Positions 9,403 through 19,535 are shown, counted from the stretch's first letter. The stretch is 64,000 nucleotides of DNA from Clostridia bacterium (GCA_022793875.1 JAAWDR010000002.1:2399-66398); one strand, 5' to 3'. Translations and numbers: made by a program. Notes: generated by a model not told the origin, from the letters alone.

Positions 9403-10962
9403 TATCGCTACTTTTTTATTTGGCTTTATTTCTAAATTCTTTGGCTTTTGTATTTCTACTTTTTCTTCAAATATATTTTCATCAAATATTTGGACAAAAT
9501 ATTTATCTTTTTCCTTTATTATTTTTATATAAGCATCTTCTAATCTTATTATTCTTACAGTAAATATATTCTTTAGTATTTCATAATTTGTTTCTTTATC
9601 TTTTGAAATTTCCTCTAATACTTTTAGTTCTATAGCCTTATCTATTATAAGTTTACTAATCTCATTTACTCTTTCTTGTAGTACTTCTATATTTTGTATT
9701 CTCTTTTCATAATTATATGGTATTAATAAATAATATCTAAAATCATATATTATCTCTTCTATATCTTGTCTTGTCTCTACTTTATTTATATTTATCTTCA
9801 TTACTTCTAAAAATAACTCTTGAAACTCTATCTTTAATTTTTCTAATTCTTTTTCTTTGTCTTGTATATCAATAATTTTTAAATATTTATATTTTTCTTC
9901 TAATTCATTTTTATATTCTACAAAATTTATTGGATTTAGTATTTTATTTACTTCTTGTAAATTTTTTAAATATTGGTCTTTTTCTTCTTGCATTATTTTA
10001 GATAATACTTTCATACTAAATATTTTTTTATTAAGTGGTAATGTTTCATTTCTTTTTTTGTATTCTTCTTCTAATAATTCTTTATTATTTATAATCGTAT
10101 CTATTTCTTTTATTTTATTTGTTATTTCAATTTTCTCTTTTGTTTTTTCTTCTACAAATTTACTTCTATTTTCTATTTTTTTTAATTGCTTTTCTATATC
10201 TTTCTTTTTAGATGAAAATTCCTCTACTTTTGTAGTTTCAAATTTTAATGTTAATAATATTGAAATTTTTGATATTATATCTAGAATTTTCTCTGCATTT
10301 TCTTTATCATATTTATTCTCCAATTTTTCTTTAAAAACATCAAAATAATCAATTATAAACTCATTATTTTTCATCCATTTATTTAAAAATTTATGTCCTA
10401 TAATTATTCTTAAATTTTGATATATTAAATTATGATCTACACTCTCTATTTCATGAGGTATATTTGTCCATGAATATCCATTAAAATCTCTTAATGGTTC
10501 TACAATATTTATATTATTTCCAACATTTATAAGATTTGATAAAGTTTCATCAATAAAGAAATATTCATCTTTTATAATCTTTTCTTTATTACCTAACTTT
10601 GATATTGCATATAATATTTTTCTTTCTATTGGATATGCTACTATTTCTTTATTTTCTTTATTTATAATATAGCTTTTATTTTGAGGTATTTTGCTATCTT
10701 TTTCATTCATTTTTACTATTTTTATTGATTTACAATCATTTTGTATAATCTCTAAAATATTTGATATATATTCATCTTTATCTTCAATATCTTTTTTTAC
10801 TGTTTCTATATCTTTATATGCTGCTTCTATTTTATATAATATACTTAAGAGTGTACTTTTTACATTTTCATCAAATTGCTTTTGTTCTAATATTTTTTCA
10901 AGTTCATTGTTATAATCTTTTTTTACAATTTTCTCTAAAATATTCTTCTTTTTTTGAATCAT
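9391..10962 (-). CDS. hypothetical Lys/Glu-rich coiled-coil protein (523 aa)
   Basis: Long uninterrupted ORF with no motif I can name. The last codons (..IMSH*) and the stop are supplied by the REP-like copy. Confidence 0.5.
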   Translation of the reverse strand: MIQKKKNILEKIVKKDYNNELEKILEQKQFDENVKSTLLSILYKIEAAYKDIETVKKDIEDKDEYISNILEIIQNDCKSIKIVKMNEKDSKIPQNKSYIINKENKEIVAYPIERKILYAISKLGNKEKIIKDEYFFIDETLSNLINVGNNINIVEPLRDFNGYSWTNIPHEIESVDHNLIYQNLRIIIGHKFLNKWMKNNEFIIDYFDVFKEKLENKYDKENAEKILDIISKISILLTLKFETTKVEEFSSKKKDIEKQLKKIENRSKFVEEKTKEKIEITNKIKEIDTIINNKELLEEEYKKRNETLPLNKKIFSMKVLSKIMQEEKDQYLKNLQEVNKILNPINFVEYKNELEEKYKYLKIIDIQDKEKELEKLKIEFQELFLEVMKININKVETRQDIEEIIYDFRYYLLIPYNYEKRIQNIEVLQERVNEISKLIIDKAIELKVLEEISKDKETNYEILKNIFTVRIIRLEDAYIKIIKEKDKYFVQIFDENIFEEKVEIQKPKNLEIKPNKKVAIMSH

Positions 10963-11038
10963 TGTACACCCTCCTTCTATTAATATAAATTTATTATTGA
11001 TACTTTAAATTTAAACGAATGCTATATGTGGGTATAAA

Positions 11039-13489
11039 TTACTCCTCTACAACCCCTTGTGGCTCTGTTCCCATTTTTAATTCATCAAGTCTCTCTTTAG
11101 TAATTAATACTTCTCTAGGCTTACTTCCTTGATAGCCAGAAATAATTCCTCTTTCTTCCATCTGGTCTATAATTCTACCAGCTCTTGCATATCCTACTTT
11201 AAATCTTCTTTGAATAAATGATGTTGACGCTTGTCCTTGTTCTACAACTGCATCTATTGCATCCATTAAAAATGGGTCTGTTTCATCATCTTCTGCCTGC
11301 TCTTGTACTAATTCTTTTTCAGTCTTATTATTATTTTCTATTGTTTCTAAAATATCCTCACTATAATTCGCTGTTCCATTTTGTTTTACAAAGTCCACTA
11401 TTTTTTCTACTTCATCATCTGATACAAATGCTCCTTGTACTCTTACTGGTTTTGGTGCTCCAGATGGGAAAAATAACATATCTCCTTTTCCTAATAACTT
11501 TTCAGCTCCTACTGAATCTAATATTGTTCTAGAGTCTACTTGTGATGATACTGCAAATGCTATTCTTGATGGTACATTTGCTTTAATCAATCCTGTAATT
11601 ACATCAACTGATGGTCTTTGTGTTGCAATTACTAAATGCATTCCTGCTGCTCTTGCTTTTTGAGCTAATCTACATATTGCTTCTTCTACATCTTTCGCTG
11701 CTACCATCATTAAATCTGCTAACTCATCTACTATTATTACTATTTGTGGTAATTTTCCAATACCATTCTCTTTTTCTATAGCATTATTATATCCTTTTAA
11801 ATCTCTTACACCTTTTCCTGCAAATAAGTTATATCTATTATCCATTTCTTGTACAGCCCATGCTAATGCTCCCGCTGCCTTTTTAGGATCAGTAACTACT
11901 GGTATTAATAAATGTGGTATTCCATTATATACTGATAATTCTACTACTTTTGGGTCTACCATTACCATTTTTACTTCACTTGGCTTACTATTGTATATTA
12001 TACTTGTTATTATTGTGTTTATACATACACTTTTTCCTGAACCTGTTGAACCTGCAATTAAAACATGTGGCATTTTTGCTATATCTGCTAATTGTACATT
12101 TCCTGCAACGTCTTTTCCCAACGCAACTGATAATTTCGATTTATTATTTTGAAATTCTTCACTTTCTAATACTTCTCTTAAGTGTACAGCTTCTTTTTCC
12201 TTATTTGGAACTTCTATTCCCACTGCTTGTTTTCCTGGTATTGGAGCTTCTATTCTTATTGTTTCAGCTGCTAAATTTAAAGCTATATCATCTGCTAAAT
12301 TAGCAATTTTACTTACTCTTACTCCCTCTGCTGGTTTTAATTCATATCTAGTTATTGCTGGACCTACTGATACATTTTCGACTTTTGCTGATACCCCAAA
12401 ACTATATAATGTTTTTTGCAATTTTGTAGCTGTATCTGTTAAAGCCTTTGCTCCTCCTTTTAAGGATTTTTTTTCTCCTTTTCCAAGTAATTCAATAGGA
12501 GGATATTCATAATTTTCGTCTTCAACTACCATTGCATGTTCTAATTGTAATACTTCTTTTGTTTTATCTTCTTTCTTTTCTTCTTCTTGCTTAAATAATG
12601 AATTTTCTTCTTTTTTAAATATATTATTTTCTATAACATCTGGTTGAACAACTTTAGCAGTCTTAGTTTCTTTGGTTAATGGTGTTAAATCATCATTTTT
12701 ATGATCATATTTTTTTCTTCCTTTTGTATCTTCTTCATCTAATATTCTTCCACCAAAATTAATTTTTATTTGTTCACCCAATTTTTCATCAGTTGCTAAA
12801 GCTTGTTGTCTAGCTTCTTCCTTCATTATTTCTCTTTCTATTTTTTCTTTTTTTCTTTTTTCAATAGCTTCTTGTCTAATTTTAAGTTGTTCTTCTTTTA
12901 ATTGTTGTTTTCTTTCATATCTTTCTTCTCTGTTTTCTTCTGTCTTTTCCACAAAATTATTTATTATTTCTGACATATTTATTCCAAATGTAAATACTGC
13001 CAGCATTGCAACAACTCCTATACACAATATTGTAGCTCCTATTTGTCCTAAAAGATTTACAAGTGGTGTAGCAAGTATTGCTCCAAGTGCTCCTCCTCCA
13101 TTTCCTTGTGCTCCAATTAGATATGCATCTTTTACTATTTTAGATATGTCTTTATTTACTATTGATAATTCGCCTTTATTTATTTGATATACGCTTATCA
13201 ATACTGAAATACTTATTAGTAATATTGCATATTGTATCAATTTTGATGTTATATATTTATTATCTGCACATGCAATTTTTATTGCTACTGCAAATATTCC
13301 TATTGGAAGAACATATCTTATTATTCCCATCATTCCTCCAAGTATTTCATTTAATTCTACTCCTATTACTCCTGATTTTCCATATATTAATACTGCTAAT
13401 AATATACTTAATACTATTAGTCCTACTACTGTTAAATCTATTTTTGATGCTCCTTTTTTTGTTGTTTTTCTTTTTTTTCTTTTTGCCAT
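11039..13489 (-). CDS. ftsK: DNA translocase FtsK/SpoIIIE
   Basis: N-terminal TM helices, Walker A GSTGSGKS, DELADLM, C-terminal gamma winged helix (ASTSFIQRRFKVGYARAGRIIDQME). Start moved to ATG 13489 (MAKRKKRK), which has a GGAGGA RBS. Confidence 0.93.
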   Translation of the reverse strand: MAKRKKRKTTKKGASKIDLTVVGLIVLSILLAVLIYGKSGVIGVELNEILGGMMGIIRYVLPIGIFAVAIKIACADNKYITSKLIQYAILLISISVLISVYQINKGELSIVNKDISKIVKDAYLIGAQGNGGGALGAILATPLVNLLGQIGATILCIGVVAMLAVFTFGINMSEIINNFVEKTEENREERYERKQQLKEEQLKIRQEAIEKRKKEKIEREIMKEEARQQALATDEKLGEQIKINFGGRILDEEDTKGRKKYDHKNDDLTPLTKETKTAKVVQPDVIENNIFKKEENSLFKQEEEKKEDKTKEVLQLEHAMVVEDENYEYPPIELLGKGEKKSLKGGAKALTDTATKLQKTLYSFGVSAKVENVSVGPAITRYELKPAEGVRVSKIANLADDIALNLAAETIRIEAPIPGKQAVGIEVPNKEKEAVHLREVLESEEFQNNKSKLSVALGKDVAGNVQLADIAKMPHVLIAGSTGSGKSVCINTIITSIIYNSKPSEVKMVMVDPKVVELSVYNGIPHLLIPVVTDPKKAAGALAWAVQEMDNRYNLFAGKGVRDLKGYNNAIEKENGIGKLPQIVIIVDELADLMMVAAKDVEEAICRLAQKARAAGMHLVIATQRPSVDVITGLIKANVPSRIAFAVSSQVDSRTILDSVGAEKLLGKGDMLFFPSGAPKPVRVQGAFVSDDEVEKIVDFVKQNGTANYSEDILETIENNNKTEKELVQEQAEDDETDPFLMDAIDAVVEQGQASTSFIQRRFKVGYARAGRIIDQMEERGIISGYQGSKPREVLITKERLDELKMGTEPQGVVEE

Positions 13490-13534
13490 TTTTTCCTCCA
13501 TTTCTGTCCATGTCTAAAAGGGACGTTTCTGTTT

Positions 13535-13646
13535 TAAGATATCCGTAACTCACTTCGCTTGAACGGCTAATTTTTTTCAATGATTACAAAATTTATTTCA
13601 TAAATTTTGTATAAGATATCCGTAACTCGCTTCGCTCGAACGGCTA
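13535..13646. repeat. two direct 35-nt GC-box repeats (TAAGATATCCGTAACTCRCTTCGCTYGAACGGCTA) spaced 77 bp
   Basis: 13535-13569 and 13612-13646 differ at 2-3 positions. An AT hairpin (TACAAAATTTAT..ATAAATTTTGTA) lies between them. Located in the ftsK 5' leader. Confidence 0.8.
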
Positions 13647-13697
13647 TCTTAAAAGGAGAGAACAGACCGTTCTCCGTTTCCCTCCTTATTTTTATTC

Positions 13698-14201
13698 TTA
13701 TTTTAATTCTCTTCTACTATTTTGAACTGTTTTTATTGTGTCTTCTACTGACATTTCCATTAAGTTTAATGCTTCTCCAATATTTTTTTCTAGATTTTCT
13801 AATGTTTTTGTTAATACTTCTTCTGTATGAGATAATAAACCATCTGCATATTCTTTTGTTCCATTTGAAATTTCTCTAGATCTTTCATTTGCAGATTCAA
13901 TAATTTCTTTTTTCTGTTCATATGCTTTTCTAGTTATTTCATGTTCATCTATCATTGAAATTATTCTATTTTCAGCTTCCTTTACAATTCCATCAGCTTC
14001 TTTTTGTGCTTCTACAATTATACGTTGTCTCTCCTCTTTTACCCATTTAGCTTGTTTCAATTCATCTGGTAATTTTAGTCTAATTTCCTTTATTAAATCT
14101 AGCATTTCATCTTTATCTATTATTCCTTTTGCTGAGAATGGTAAATTTCTACTTCTTTCTATTAAATCTTCTAAAGATTCTAGTAGCTCAAATATCTCCA
14201 T
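13698..14201 (-). CDS. conserved coiled-coil protein (ATP synthase b/E-like repeats), function unknown
   Basis: 167 aa, charged helical sequence (..QRIIVEAQKEADGIVKEAENRI..). Lies between rsmD and ftsK. Confidence 0.4.
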   Translation of the reverse strand: MEIFELLESLEDLIERSRNLPFSAKGIIDKDEMLDLIKEIRLKLPDELKQAKWVKEERQRIIVEAQKEADGIVKEAENRIISMIDEHEITRKAYEQKKEIIESANERSREISNGTKEYADGLLSHTEEVLTKTLENLEKNIGEALNLMEMSVEDTIKTVQNSRRELK

Positions 14202-14220
14202 GGCTTACCCCTTTCTAATT

Positions 14221-14784
14221 TTAAGCATTTTTGTTCTGATATCTTAAAAATATCAATATTGCTCTTCCATACTTTCTTTTATCTATTATTTCTACGTTTA
14301 ATTGTTCTAATTGTTTTAATACTTTTTGCTCATCATCTGTTTCTATAATTATTTTAGTATTTTCATGAATTATATTTTTTTGTATAATCATTTTTATTGA
14401 TTTTATTACAAAATCCGAATCATAAGGTGGATCTATGTATATAATGTCTAATTTATCTTGTATTTTCGTTTTTAATAATTGTTCATAATCTACATTATAT
14501 AGTTCTACTCTTTCTTTCAAATGTGTTTTTTCAATATTTTTGTTTATTATCCTTATTGCCTCTTTTGATTTATCACACAAAATTACTTTTTTAGCTCCTC
14601 TACTTGCTGCCTCTAGTCCTATCGCTCCACTTCCTGAAAATAAGTCCAAAAATATTGCGTTAGCTATTTCATCTTGTATTATATTGAACAATGATTCTTT
14701 TACTCTATCTAATGTTGGTCTTGTTGCTTGTCCTTCTAAAGTATATAGATTCGTTCCTCTTGCTGTTCCACTTATTATTCTCAT
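14221..14784 (-). CDS. rsmD: 16S rRNA (guanine966-N2)-methyltransferase
   Basis: MRIISGTARG..PTLDRVKESLFNII, SAM motif LDLFSGSGAIGLEA, DPPY motif. Confidence 0.9.
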   Translation of the reverse strand: MRIISGTARGTNLYTLEGQATRPTLDRVKESLFNIIQDEIANAIFLDLFSGSGAIGLEAASRGAKKVILCDKSKEAIRIINKNIEKTHLKERVELYNVDYEQLLKTKIQDKLDIIYIDPPYDSDFVIKSIKMIIQKNIIHENTKIIIETDDEQKVLKQLEQLNVEIIDKRKYGRAILIFLRYQNKNA

Positions 14785-14987
14785 TTTGATTTTACTCCTA
14801 TGATACTATTTTATTCTTTTTTTGCTTAAAGTCAATAATATTAACAAAATTGTAATATACATTTAATAGTTCTGTAATATTGTTCCTAAATTGTAATATT
14901 TTTCTTTTATATTTTACATTTTATTGTTTATTATTTGTATAAGTATAATAAAATTAAAAAGAACTACCATATTTCAGGTAGTTTTCT

Positions 14988-15449
14988 TTAGTATAATTTA
15001 TCTTCTTTATTTATATCTTTTAATAACTCTAATTGAGAAATCAATAAAGATTCCATTTTTGCTTTATATATATCAAATTGTTTTTTTATATCATCTAATT
15101 CTTTTTGTTTCATAAGTATTTCATTATTTAATTCATCAACTCTTTGTTGTGCAATTGATTTTGCATCATTTACTATTTGGTCTGCTTTTTGTTTTGCTAC
15201 ATTTTTTACTTCTTCTGCTGTTGTTTGTGCCATTATTAGTGTATTTTGTAATGTTGACTCAATTGTTCTATACTGAACTAAACTATTGTTTAATTCTTCA
15301 ACCTTAGCTCTTAATTCATTAATTTCTTTATAATTTTTAGTATAATCAGCTGTTACTTCATCTAGAAATTCATCAACTTCTTCAACACTATATCCATTCA
15401 TCATTTGTTTTGCAAATCTTTTATTTTCTATATCTAATGGTGTTATCAT
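14988..15449 (-). CDS. divIVA: DivIVA domain cell-division protein
   Basis: MITPLDIENKRFAKQMMNGYSVEEVDEFLDEV is a typical DivIVA N-terminus, followed by a coiled coil. Confidence 0.9.
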   Translation of the reverse strand: MITPLDIENKRFAKQMMNGYSVEEVDEFLDEVTADYTKNYKEINELRAKVEELNNSLVQYRTIESTLQNTLIMAQTTAEEVKNVAKQKADQIVNDAKSIAQQRVDELNNEILMKQKELDDIKKQFDIYKAKMESLLISQLELLKDINKEDKLY

Positions 15450-15502
15450 ATATTCCTCCTAATTTGTAGCGAGCCATACACTTAATAAGTTATTGGCAAA
15501 TA

Positions 15503-15988
15503 CTAATTACTTACATTATTATTTCTTAGCCATGAAACTGATAATTTACTTTTCATTTCTTCTCTAGCCATATCATTTGTTATTTCATAATTTGATGGTG
15601 CTACTAAAAATATTGAATTTGATACTTTTTGAATATATCCATCTAATGCATATACTCCACCGCTAATAAAGTCTACTATTCTTCTAGCAACATCTTTATT
15701 TACATATTCTAAGTTTACTATTACTGATTTTTTCTCTTTTAAAAAGCTACAAATCTCATCTGATTGTTCAAATGTTGTAGGTTGTGAAATAACCATTTTT
15801 ATTGCTTGTCCTTGTGCTTGTGGCATATTTACTACTTTATTATTATTTTTTCTTCCAAATAATTTTCTGTTTTCTTCTTCTATATCTTCGTCTTCATAAT
15901 CATATATGTTTTCTTCTTCATATTCTTCTGGTTCTGCTGAATCCATTCCAAATAAATCCCATACTTTATTCATTAATGCTCCTGACAT
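15503..15988 (-). CDS. sepF: cell division protein SepF
   Basis: Acidic linker then the SepF core (IKMVISQPTTFEQSDEICSFLKEKKSVIVNLEYV..RRIVDFISGGVYALDG..IFLVAP). Confidence 0.9.
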   Translation of the reverse strand: MSGALMNKVWDLFGMDSAEPEEYEEENIYDYEDEDIEEENRKLFGRKNNNKVVNMPQAQGQAIKMVISQPTTFEQSDEICSFLKEKKSVIVNLEYVNKDVARRIVDFISGGVYALDGYIQKVSNSIFLVAPSNYEITNDMAREEMKSKLSVSWLRNNNVSN

Positions 15989-16152
15989 AAAAAAACCTCC
16001 TAAAAACTCTTTTCCATATTATTGTATTTAGTATCTACTTTTTTTGAAATATTGTCAATACTTTTTGCAAATGTAATATATTTTTAATATTTTTGTAATA
16101 TTTTTGTAATATTATATTATTTCAACTCAATTTCTTCATCATTCAAAGAAAG

Positions 16153-16181
16153 CCTACACTCATTTTTAATCTGAGTGTAGG
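16153..16181 (-). terminator. stem-loop downstream of the 16213 ORF (CCTACACTCA / TGAGTGTAGG)
   Basis: 10-bp perfect stem with an 8-9-nt loop. T-rich flank on both strands, so it may act in both directions. Confidence 0.55.
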
Positions 16182-16212
16182 TTTTCTTAAAATACATATT
16201 AATCTGTATTTC

Positions 16213-16551
16213 TCAACTACTTATTTTTTCATTTTGTGATTCTTTTATAAGTGCTTCATTTTCCAAAGTTAGATTTATAATCTCTACAGCTTTACTTATT
16301 ATACTTACACCAAATCCTTCAGATTTATGATGCGTTTCTGCCGCTTCATTTATTAAAAAGTTTATAAATATTTCAGCCTCTTCTCGACTTGTTAAACATA
16401 TATAACGAGCTAGACCTTCTCCTAATCCAGATTCCCATCCTTTAAAATAATTGTTTTCATATATTTTAGCTATCTCTCTTATTCTAGTAAAGGATTTTCC
16501 TCTAAGGCTAGGTCCATATTCCTCATCAAATATTGGAAATATAATAACCAT
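16213..16551 (-). CDS. hypothetical protein (112 aa)
   Basis: ORF overlapping the 3' 73 nt of ORF 16479..16829 in another frame. It may be the distal half of one frameshifted ~205-aa gene. Confidence 0.4.
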   Translation of the reverse strand: MVIIFPIFDEEYGPSLRGKSFTRIREIAKIYENNYFKGWESGLGEGLARYICLTSREEAEIFINFLINEAAETHHKSEGFGVSIISKAVEIINLTLENEALIKESQNEKISS

Positions 16552-16829
16552 TTTCTTTGTTGTGCAGATACTTTTATAAATTGACTATCAATCTTAGTTT
16601 TAGGTATCAGTTGTTTAAATCTAAAATTCGTTTCATATAATCTGTCAAGTTTTTTATCTAAGAACTCATTATATTCTCTTCTTGCATTTAATTCTCCATC
16701 TTCAAGTTTTTTTTCTAATTTTTTCTTATCTTCCTCACACTCTTTCCGCATTTTAATACATTCTTCTTTAAATCCTTTTCGGTTTTCAAATTCTCCACAA
16801 TCTGTCAATCTCATTTCAATAAAAATCAT
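16479..16829 (-). CDS. hypothetical charged protein (116 aa)
   Basis: The start ATG overlaps the HlyD-like stop (ATGA), suggesting translational coupling. Contains an in-frame CGG (ATG CGG AAA, about 16746-16748). Confidence 0.4.
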   Translation of the reverse strand: MIFIEMRLTDCGEFENRKGFKEECIKMRKECEEDKKKLEKKLEDGELNARREYNEFLDKKLDRLYETNFRFKQLIPKTKIDSQFIKVSAQQRKWLLYFQYLMRNMDLALEENPLLE

Positions 16830-18056
16830 TCTACTTTACTCAAATCAGGATTTAATATCAACTCATCATATATTGATATTCTTCTAGAGTAATTCTTAAA
16901 TCCTAACTCATTCAATTCCTCAGTATTATAATTAGAAACAATAGAATATTTTTCATTTTCCTTATTTACTTTAACTAATATTTTGCTTAAATATCCTGCT
17001 CTACTTCTAACTACATATTTCAATCCATTTTCCTCAACAATAGCCTGATTTGGAACTTTTAATCCTGTACTAGTCCACCAAATTAAATCAAATGAAATTT
17101 TTCTATAATTTGTAAGTTCATTTATTTCTCTATCTATTTCTAAAACTATCATTGTCTCTTCTTCATTTTCTTGCGATATATAAGCAACTTTAGCATCAAT
17201 CATTTTATTATTTGATAATCTTATTTTTACTTTATCATCTAACTTTGCACTTTTAGATTTTTCTGAACTACTAATTGTTACAATATAGCAACTAGAACTA
17301 TCTATTATTTTTCCACACTCTTCATTTGTAGCTATTAATTGTCCTGTTTTTAATTTTAAACTTTCTAAAAATTCTTTACTCAATGAAGAAAAATTATTTG
17401 GTGTTAATACTTCTTCTAACCCATCAACTTTATAAGAAACTATTCCACTATTAGGCGCTGTTATATATTCTGCCCCAGAATTAAGTTGTTCCTCATATGT
17501 AGTTCTCTTATTATATAGTTCTTTTAAATGTGTTCCAGCAGCACTTGATTCTCCAGATATCTTTGCTTTTTTTGTAATAATATCACTTATTTGTTTATTA
17601 TATTCTATCATTTTTGATATATCTGTTGTTTTACTTAATAATTCTATTTTTTCATCCAATTGTTTTTCCAATGTTGGTGAAAATATATCTTTTTGTCCTT
17701 TTAATGCTTCTTGTATCTCTCCATCTAATTTAGATATTTCTTTTTTTAATTGTTCCTCATTTTGGCTATAATATCTATATATAGAATCTCCTTTTGATGT
17801 TTTTTCACCTTCATTTTTAATCTGTTCCATTCCATTTTTATAATTATTTCCTTTTACAACTTGTTCATTTCGTATAATATATCCAATATTTGTTTCTTCC
17901 AAATATAGAGTTCCGCTGTTCAACTATAACTTTATTAGTTGGTTCTTTTATAAGTAAATATACTGCATATATTAAATATATTAACACCAATACAAATGTG
18001 ACATATACAATTATTTTCTGCCCATTACTTTTTTTCTCACTTTTTTCTTTTTTCAA
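16826..18056 (-). pseudogene. HlyD-family membrane-fusion/adaptor-like protein, interrupted by a +1 frameshift
   Basis: ORF 17865..18056 (TM anchor ..KEPTNKVIVEQ) continues in ORF 16826..17923 (GTLYLEETNIGYIIRNEQVV.., ITAPNSGIVSYKVDG, FDLIWW..GLKVPNQAI). The frames join at CAG-CGG-AAC (CGG = 17915-17913). Confidence 0.7.
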
Positions 18057-18110
18057 CTTATGTTTCTCCTTTTTACATAATTCAAAATAGTATCTACATT
18101 AATTTGCACA

Positions 18111-18992
18111 TCATTTTCTCCGTTCTAACCAAATTGTCTGCTTATTCTTTCTAAACCATGTTAATTGTCTTTTTGCATATCTTCTTGTTTCCATTTTTAT
18201 TTTTTCTATCATTTCATCTTTTGTACAGTTTCCTTCAATATATTGAACAACTTTTTTATATCCTAACCCTTGCATTGCAGTAGGAAATTTATTGTATTTT
18301 TTCACAATATTTTCAACTTCTTTAATTAATCCTTGTTCAACCATTATATCAACTCTTTTATTTATTCTTTGATATAACTTTTCTCTATCCCAATTAATTG
18401 CAAACACCTTATAATCATATTCTACTGGATTTTTTCTTGATTCTATTTCTTGTTCAGTTTTTGTTTTCCCTGTTGCTTTATATATTTCTAAAATCCTCAT
18501 AATTCTTTTCTTATCATTTTGACTTATTTTTTCCATTGCAACTGGGTCAATTTCTACTGCTTTTTTATATAATTCTTCTAATCCTTTTATATCTATCAAA
18601 TATTCTAGTTCTTTTCTATAATTTTCATCTAATTCTATATCATTATATTCTATTTCATATATTAAACTATCTACATATAAACCCGTTCCACCAACTATTA
18701 TTGGAGTTTTTCCTTTTGTAATTATTTCTTTTATTGCATTTTTTGCATCTTTTTTGTATTGTGCAACACTATATCTTTCATCTGGAGATACAAAATCTAA
18801 TAAATAATGTTTTATGTATTGCATTTCTTCTATAGATGGCTTTGCAGTTCCTATATCCATGTCTTTATATATTTGCATTGAATCTGCTGATACTATTTCT
18901 CCATTTATTTTTTTTGCAAGTTCTATTGAAAGAGCTGTTTTTCCAGATGCAGTTGGTCCACATATTACTATAACTTTAGGTTTTTCGTTCAT
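18111..18992 (-). CDS. miaA: tRNA dimethylallyltransferase
   Basis: P-loop CGPTASGKT, SADSMQIYKDMDIGTAKP, RQLTWFRK. The annotated C-terminus is short and ends 2 codons after an in-frame CGG (see findings). Confidence 0.93.
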   Translation of the reverse strand: MNEKPKVIVICGPTASGKTALSIELAKKINGEIVSADSMQIYKDMDIGTAKPSIEEMQYIKHYLLDFVSPDERYSVAQYKKDAKNAIKEIITKGKTPIIVGGTGLYVDSLIYEIEYNDIELDENYRKELEYLIDIKGLEELYKKAVEIDPVAMEKISQNDKKRIMRILEIYKATGKTKTEQEIESRKNPVEYDYKVFAINWDREKLYQRINKRVDIMVEQGLIKEVENIVKKYNKFPTAMQGLGYKKVVQYIEGNCTKDEMIEKIKMETRRYAKRQLTWFRKNKQTIWLERRK

Positions 18993-19055
18993 TTTGTTTT
19001 CTTTTCACTCCTTTATTGTTATCCTAAAACTCTTGATATTTCGCTTCTATTCATA

Positions 19056-19535
19056 TTAGAGATGTGTCCCCAATGGGACATTTTGTCCCAAACAGAAACG
19101 TCCCCAATGGGACATTTTTAAAATCGCCACTTGTCTACTTCCTAAATAAATGCTCTCAAATATAAACAATATTACAATCATAATTAACAATATGATAATA
19201 CTTTTTATTAATTTGTCCTTTGATAAATTATCATTATTTATTTGTTCTAATTTTCTAAATACATATGGCAATAATACATATCCATTTACTATTGTAAATA
19301 ATAGTACAAAAATGTTACGTATTTGATGCATTACTTCTTTACTTTCATATTCAATTCCAATTTTTGAAATATTATATATTATAAATGTCAATACATATGT
19401 AACTACTAATCCTATAATTATACAAATAATTTTTGTTTTCTTTTCTATACTTCCTAAACTAGTCCACATCCATCCTAGTAAAACTAAAAACATTACTAAC
19501 ATTATTGTTAAAATTACTGCCATATTTATTTTCAT
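19056..19535 (-). CDS. small polytopic membrane protein (159 aa) with REP-encoded C-terminal tail
   Basis: Four hydrophobic helices. The last 19 aa (MSHWGRFCLGQNVPLGTHL) are translated from the REP copy 19059-19115. Confidence 0.55.
   Translation of the reverse strand: MKINMAVILTIMLVMFLVLLGWMWTSLGSIEKKTKIICIIIGLVVTYVLTFIIYNISKIGIEYESKEVMHQIRNIFVLLFTIVNGYVLLPYVFRKLEQINNDNLSKDKLIKSIIILLIMIVILFIFESIYLGSRQVAILKMSHWGRFCLGQNVPLGTHL
19059..19115 (+). repeat. REP-like element, full-length copy
   Basis: GAGATGTGTCCCCAATGGGACATTTTGTCCCAAACAGAAACGTCCCCAATGGGACAT, with five GTCCC/GGGAC half-sites. Confidence 0.9.

Noticed and set aside
13347-13580. The 77-aa Lys-rich ORF overlapping the ftsK start.
   Set aside because: It is out of frame across the poly-A/poly-Lys run at the ftsK 5' end and across repeat sequence. 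It has no RBS, and ftsK has a proper GGAGGA-ATG start at 13489.
19059-19115. The GGGAC..TGTC content of the REP elements considered as CggR-type operators, because glycolytic genes are nearby.
   Set aside because: The copies are dispersed next to unrelated genes and bracket a HUH transposase. The half-site spacing also does not reproduce the CggR direct-repeat layout as I remember it.
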